From the IMG/VR virus record IMGVR_UViG_3300022602_000025: a DNA stretch of 64,000 nucleotides; one strand, given 5' to 3'. Positions 31,101-37,400 of the stretch are shown one piece after another; the stretch's first letter is position 1, and every line of letters starts with the position of its first letter. The translations under genes and the position numbers were made by a program. Source of the stretch: a virus. Its lineage: Duplodnaviria > Caudoviricetes. The notes under the pieces were generated by a model. It saw only the letters and a list, made by a program, of their open reading frames with translations, did no database searches and was not told the origin of the DNA.

Positions 31101-31971
31101 GGCAGGTACTTACTACTATGGATTCAATGCAAGTTCAACAGCATTACCCGGTGAACAAATACAGGCAGTGGCTGCGTACAACTATATTAAATCAATATTG
31201 CCAAATATTGTAGAAGGTGTTCCACTACCATCAACATACCAAGGAACAGTATCACAAGTAACTAGTGGCACTCCTGGTAATGTTGAATGGGCAGAAGTTG
31301 CACAAATTAACGTTGATATCTTGACAGGTATTATTACTAATGGTCCAAAAGCACCATTACCTAAGAGACCAATTAACTTGAACATGAGTTCAACTCAGTC
31401 AGTGATTAATGCAGCCGCAATACTAAAAGCCAACAGAACATTTATGCAAGCAGAAACTATTGCATATATCAACAAAGCATTTGGTTCATACAATGTAGCA
31501 AAATGTAAACGTGACGTTGGATTAATCGTTGATGCCCTAGTATATGATTTAGCTAATGGCGGAAACTACAATGCGGTTGTTGCAGGACAAAGCTATTATG
31601 CTACTCATGGCACACATCATATTGTTAACTTAGAAGAAGCAGTAACTGATCCAGGATTATTCCCAGACGGTGCTATTATTAATTTCTATCAACGCTCATA
31701 TCAATCAGCTTCTGGTTACTTGTTTGAGTATGTAGGTGCTGGTACAAACTACGGTGCTTTACCGCAAAGAGGTAAAGCTGACGTTGTTCAAACAAAAGAA
31801 ACAATTCAGTTGAACAACGGTAAGGTGTTCTTTACATCAACTGACCAAAACGGTGACTTCCGTATTGGCCCAGGATTGGTAATTAGCCAGGCAACTGGTG
31901 TGTTATCAGGAAGAACATTTACAAAATCATTATTTGCGAATATGACTCCGTTCATATTGGCAATTGAATAA
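22108..31971 (+). CDS. Giant virion-associated protein: beta-helix scaffold carrying 15 phycobiliprotein/globin-like repeats
   Basis: 3287 aa. [8 protein letters not shown].NDG...IKVAPGHY.E suggests a pectate-lyase-like beta-helix start. It has 15 C-x-R-D-[TIV]-G repeats. Confidence 0.75.
   Translation: [3287 protein letters not shown]
23491..31520 (+). repeat. 15 protein-level repeats centred on C-x-R-D, mostly about 480-500 nt apart, in two arrays (10 and 5)
   Basis: Cys codons at 23491, 23977, 24466, 24949, 25435, 25915, 26146, 26629, 27130, 27613 and at 29569, 30055, 30532, 31024, 31504. Confidence 0.9.
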
Positions 31972-31986
31972 CGAGGATAAAATAAA

Positions 31987-32373
31987 ATGGCCTTATTACC
32001 ATTAAACACGTTTAAGACAAAGACAGCTACTCTTACAACTACTACGAATACTAAAGTATATACTACTCCTGTAGGTGTAACAGCGATTATTTTGATGGCG
32101 AACGTAGCAAACGTTGATCCAAATAACACACATGAAATTACGTTTAGTCATTACAGAAACTTGCCAGTTCTACCAGATACACAAGGTAACGGCGGTCAGG
32201 TAGGCAACACAATTACTGAACAGGTTAAGGGATTTGCGATACCACCAAATAATGCCGCTTCATTATTATCAGGTAAACTGATTGTAGAAAGTTTAGATAG
32301 CATTTACGCATCAGCAGATGCAGAGGGAGTCCTTAAATTAACATTGAGTATTCTAGAATCTGCAAATAGTTAA
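31987..32373 (+). CDS. Small virion protein, paralog of 20923..21246
   Basis: VYTTPVGVTAIILMANVANV...LSGKLIVESLDSIYASA. Confidence 0.65.
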   Translation: MALLPLNTFKTKTATLTTTTNTKVYTTPVGVTAIILMANVANVDPNNTHEITFSHYRNLPVLPDTQGNGGQVGNTITEQVKGFAIPPNNAASLLSGKLIVESLDSIYASADAEGVLKLTLSILESANS

Positions 32374-32385
32374 TAGAGATATATA

Positions 32386-34395
32386 ATGCCACAATTATTA
32401 AACCAGAACGTTGCCCTAACATACACCTCAGGAACTAATAAACAGTTCTTAGGGCTAGGTGGTGCTCAGCCTTATTTGGGATTAACCCCAAGTACTACTA
32501 CTGGTTTTACATTAGTATCTAATCCGTTAACAGGACAACCATACTTTGTAAGCACATTAGGTGGTGCTTATTTTAATAATAGTGTTATTACAGCACAAAC
32601 AACTAATACTGACCTTACTTTAACATCTACAGGTACTGGTAGATTAATATTAACAGGTAATGTTGTAATTAATGCTAACAATTTACAAGTTACTACAGCT
32701 ACCTTCCAAGATTTAACGATCACTAACGCAGCAAACTTTGTATCAACTACTACTAATGTCAACATGAGTGCTAGTTTGTACATCAGCAAGAGTTTAGATG
32801 TTGGTGTTAACGCATACATTCATGGTAGTTTAGAAGTTTATGATAACGTAACTTTTGAACCAAACAATGGTAATGTTAATATTCGTCCTACAGGACTAGG
32901 ACAAGTTGTAATATATCCTGACTCAGTTGGTTATATTGACAACATGGACATTGGTCAATATGCTCCAGCTAACGGCCGATTCGTTACATTAACAGCTACA
33001 AACTTTGTTATTCAAAATACATCGTTTATTGACCTAACTGTATCAAATTTAACAGTTACAAATAACTTAGTTGTAACTAATTTCTTTGCGCCAAGTTTTT
33101 CTGCAAATACAGCAACTATTAACAATAGCCTTAGTGCTCCTGCAATTTATGAAAATGGTAATCAAGTATTAACGAATGTAGTAGTTAATACCGGACCAGG
33201 TCTTTCAAGCACAGTTAACATATCTGGTGTAACCGCTACTATTGCATTAACCAACACAGGTGTAACAAGTTTAATTGCAGGTAGTGATATTTATTTGTCT
33301 AGCGGTACTGGCAATATTACTATTGCAGATAGTAGCACATTACAATCAGTAACTAGTCGTGGTGCTACAACTACTAATGTTGTATATTTTAATAACGCTA
33401 CACCAGCAGGAAGCACAACTGGATCTATAGTTGTAACAGGTGGTGTGTACGCCAGCGCAGGTATTTTTGCAGATGGTCTAACAACTTTCCGTGGATCGGG
33501 CAATCAAGAATATACGATAAGAGTTGTAGGCGGCTCAACAGGCGCTCAATTAGCAATTGGTACTAGCGGAGTATCCACATACGGTATTGAAAGTGATGTT
33601 CTTAATGCTGCCGGATCAGGTTTTGCAAAATTAACTCAAACAGCTAGCGAGTTTCATTTTAATGTAGCAAATAGTAGCGGTATTCCTGTTCAAACAGATG
33701 CACTAGTAGTCAATGCGAACGGCTATGTAATTATTAATAGCAGTCAAAATGCAAGTAATCAAACTACTGGCGCCTTACAAGTAGTCGGCGGAGTGGGAGT
33801 AGGTGGTAATTTATATGCCGCTAATATTTTCTCAAATGGTTTCCAAGTAACTACATCAAGCTCGTTAACATTTGAATACCACGGAAGCATTTTAGGCACA
33901 GCAGGAACAGTTAATCTTGATAGAGGATTTACAGCAACCGTAGTTGGCGGTGTTATTACAATTGATACCGTTGCAGAAGTAGGTGTTACAAGTATTACAG
34001 CTGGCACAGATATTTCAATTACTACATCAACTGGCGCGGTAACAGTTAATGACACAAGTACACTACAAACTGTAACTAGTCGCGGAAGCACAACTAATAA
34101 TGCAGTAAATATAACAAATGGTACTAATGCAACTACATCAACAACTGGTGGCGCATTACATGTATCAGGTGGTGTTGGAATTGGTCAGGACTTATGGGTA
34201 GGCGGTAGCATTTATGATACTAATGCTGGATCACCTTACTATGGAGGATTATTATTCACTCCAAATGTAACCTTAAGTGTAACTCCTCCAGCAAATCCAC
34301 GTATTGGAGATTTTTGGTACGATAGTAACAGTTACTCATATCAGTTTATTCAAGACGGTACTAGTACATTCTGGATACAGATTGGTGCATTTTAA
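32386..34395 (+). CDS. Tail fibre-like protein
   Basis: T/G/V/N-rich, TLQSVTSRG repeats, GALQVVGGVGVGG motifs, C-terminal PPANPRIGDFWYDS. Confidence 0.75.
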   Translation: MPQLLNQNVALTYTSGTNKQFLGLGGAQPYLGLTPSTTTGFTLVSNPLTGQPYFVSTLGGAYFNNSVITAQTTNTDLTLTSTGTGRLILTGNVVINANNLQVTTATFQDLTITNAANFVSTTTNVNMSASLYISKSLDVGVNAYIHGSLEVYDNVTFEPNNGNVNIRPTGLGQVVIYPDSVGYIDNMDIGQYAPANGRFVTLTATNFVIQNTSFIDLTVSNLTVTNNLVVTNFFAPSFSANTATINNSLSAPAIYENGNQVLTNVVVNTGPGLSSTVNISGVTATIALTNTGVTSLIAGSDIYLSSGTGNITIADSSTLQSVTSRGATTTNVVYFNNATPAGSTTGSIVVTGGVYASAGIFADGLTTFRGSGNQEYTIRVVGGSTGAQLAIGTSGVSTYGIESDVLNAAGSGFAKLTQTASEFHFNVANSSGIPVQTDALVVNANGYVIINSSQNASNQTTGALQVVGGVGVGGNLYAANIFSNGFQVTTSSSLTFEYHGSILGTAGTVNLDRGFTATVVGGVITIDTVAEVGVTSITAGTDISITTSTGAVTVNDTSTLQTVTSRGSTTNNAVNITNGTNATTSTTGGALHVSGGVGIGQDLWVGGSIYDTNAGSPYYGGLLFTPNVTLSVTPPANPRIGDFWYDSNSYSYQFIQDGTSTFWIQIGAF

Positions 34396-34411
34396 TTAAA
34401 GAGATATATAA

Positions 34412-37400
34412 ATGGCATTTTTTAACTTTCCACCGAATCCAAATATAGGCGATACCTACACAGTAGGATCGAAGACCTATGTGTGGAATGGTTACGCTTG
34501 GACTTTACAAGCAACGTTCCAAGCAACTAGCATTACTGTAGACACTATAACCGTAACAAGCTCTACAAATTCTACTGCTACAACCAATGGTGCGGCAGTT
34601 ATTGCAGGCGGTTTAGGTGTTGGCAGAGACATAACTGTCGGTGGATCAGCATATATCGCGGGTGACCTATACGTTGACGGTACACAAACTGTTGTTAATA
34701 CAGTACAAATACAAACAGGCGACAAGAATTTAGTTTTAAGCACTAGTGCAACTTCTGCATTAATGGCAATCAATAGCGGTATTGAAGTAGGTCCAGCAAG
34801 TTCTCCATATATCACATGGCTATACGACGGTGTCGGTAACTGGGTATCTAGCGGTGGTGTTATTGTTGACACTACAGCATCTATATTATCAAATTTAAAT
34901 GCTACAACTGTAACTAACGGTGCGTTAGTTGTTAAAGGTGGTGTTGGAATTGGTGGCGCATTATATGTTGGCGGCAACATGTATAGTGGTGGCTACCAAG
35001 TAATTACTACAGCAAACTTTTCTTCAACTGGCGTAACATCAGTTAATGCAGGTCCTGGAATTAGTGTTAACCATCCAACGGGTGATGTTATTGTTTCTAA
35101 TACAGGTGTTCTTGCAATCATTACAGGTAGCGACGTTACAATCAATCAACCAAATGGTTATGTAACACTAGGCGTAACTTCTACATTACAAACTGTAACT
35201 AAACGAGGTAACTCAACTGATCAGATCATCTACATTACCACTACGACTGACAGTTTTAATACTACTACAGGTGCATTAGTTGTAACAGGTGGTGCAGGGT
35301 TTGGCGGAACAGTTAATATTGGCGGAAGTTTAGGTGTTATTGGAATTGTTAACGCTTCACAATTATATGAAGGCGGGGTCAACCGTGTACTAACTTCAGC
35401 CACAATAGTTGCAGGTACAGGCTTAAGTGGTGGTGGTACAATTACAGGTCCTGGCGGAACAGTAACCTTAACTAACGCAGGTGTAACATCTCTTGTAGCC
35501 TCAACAGATCTTTCTGTAAGCGGATCAACTGGTGACATCACGATTTCAAATACCTCTACACTACAAAGTGTAACAGGTAGAGGTAACGTAACAACTAATG
35601 CGATTGGCATTACAAATCTAACTCAATCAAATACTCCAACTGGCGGCGCACTGGTTGTTGCTGGTGGTATTGGAGTTGGAAAAGATTTACGTGTTGCTGG
35701 TACAATGTATCAGCAGGGCAATTTAGTTATCGATGCTGTCAATATTTTCAGTCACGCTGTTACCTCATTAGTAGCAAGTCCTGGATTATATGTTGATCAA
35801 AATCAAGGCGACATTACAATCAGCAACTACGGTGTGCTCGATTTATCTAGTGATGGATATATTGGTCTAAGCAACAACACTGGTTCTATCTACATTACAA
35901 ACTTAGGTGTTCAAAGTGTAACAGCTGGTGTTGATATGAGTGTAAGTGCTAACACTGGCACAATTACAATAGATAACACAAGTACTTTACAGTCAGTAAC
36001 GTATCGTGGAGGCACAACTAATAACGCTATCGCAATTACTAACCAAACTTATAGTGCAAGCACATCGAACAGTCAAGCATTATTAGTATCTGGTGGTATT
36101 GGTGCATTGATGGTTACAGCAAGCGTTATATTTGATAACGGTAATCGCGTATTGACTAATGTTGTTCCAACAGCAGGATACGGAATTGATGTTACTAGCT
36201 ATACTGTTAATGGTACTACAGCATCATTCACAATTGATAACTTAGGTGTAACTAGTTTAACAGCAGGTACAGATACCGCTGTAACAGCAAATACAGGCGA
36301 TGTCGTTGTATTCACTACATCAACCCTACAATCAGTAACTAATAGAGGTAATGCAACTTCTAATGCAATAGAAATTGATAATATTTCATTCAGCAGTTCG
36401 ACTATCGCAGGCAACGCTTTAGTTGTTGCTGGTGGTATTGGTGCTCAAACATTATATGTTGCTGGTACAATTTACACGAACGGTCAGGCTGTAGCAACAA
36501 CAGAATCTATTTCAACTAATTCAGTATCTGCAATTTACACAGGTCCTGGTATTAGTGTTGATAATCATACAGGTACTGTAACAGTTTCTAACACAGGTGT
36601 TATTGCTATCGTAGCAGGTACTGATGTATCAATTGATTACACTGGCACATATCCAGGAAGCGGTGTCGTAACAATCAACGACACATCAACATTCCGCTCA
36701 GTAACATATAAAGGATCTACAACTCCTTACTCATTAAGCATCACAAGCTCAACAAATGCCACAAGCACAACAACAGGTGCTTTAGTAATCACAGGCGGTC
36801 TAGGTGTTGGACGCGATATTTGGGCTAGAAGCATGTGGTCTAATGGTGCTCAGGTTGTTACTACAGCAACATTAGGAAATTTAGGTGTAAGTTCAATCAC
36901 AGCAGGTTCTGGAATTAGCGTTTCTGCACCAACTGGCGACATAACAATTACCAATACAGGTGTTACACAGCTTAACGGTTCAACTTACATCGGAGTTAAC
37001 AATCAAACTGGTAATATTATCATCTATAACTTAGGTGTACAAACCTTAACAGCAGGTGATGATTTAGCAGTAAGTTCAAACACAGGTACTGTAACAGTTA
37101 GTTCAACAGCTACATTACAATCTGTGACCAACAGAGGATCTGTAACTAGTAACGCTATTAGCATTACCAACGTAACTCAGTCAACAACAATGACCAACGG
37201 TGCTCTAACCGTTGCAGGTGGTGCTGGTATCTCTAAGAATTTAAACGTTGGTGGCAATAGTACAATTTACGGTAACTTAACTGTTGTTGGCAATGCGTCA
37301 TTCATTGGTACATCAACTTATGTTTCGTCAACAAACACTTACTATACTGACAACTTAGTTGATCTCCACGTTCCACCTAGCGGTCCGATGGGCATGTGGA

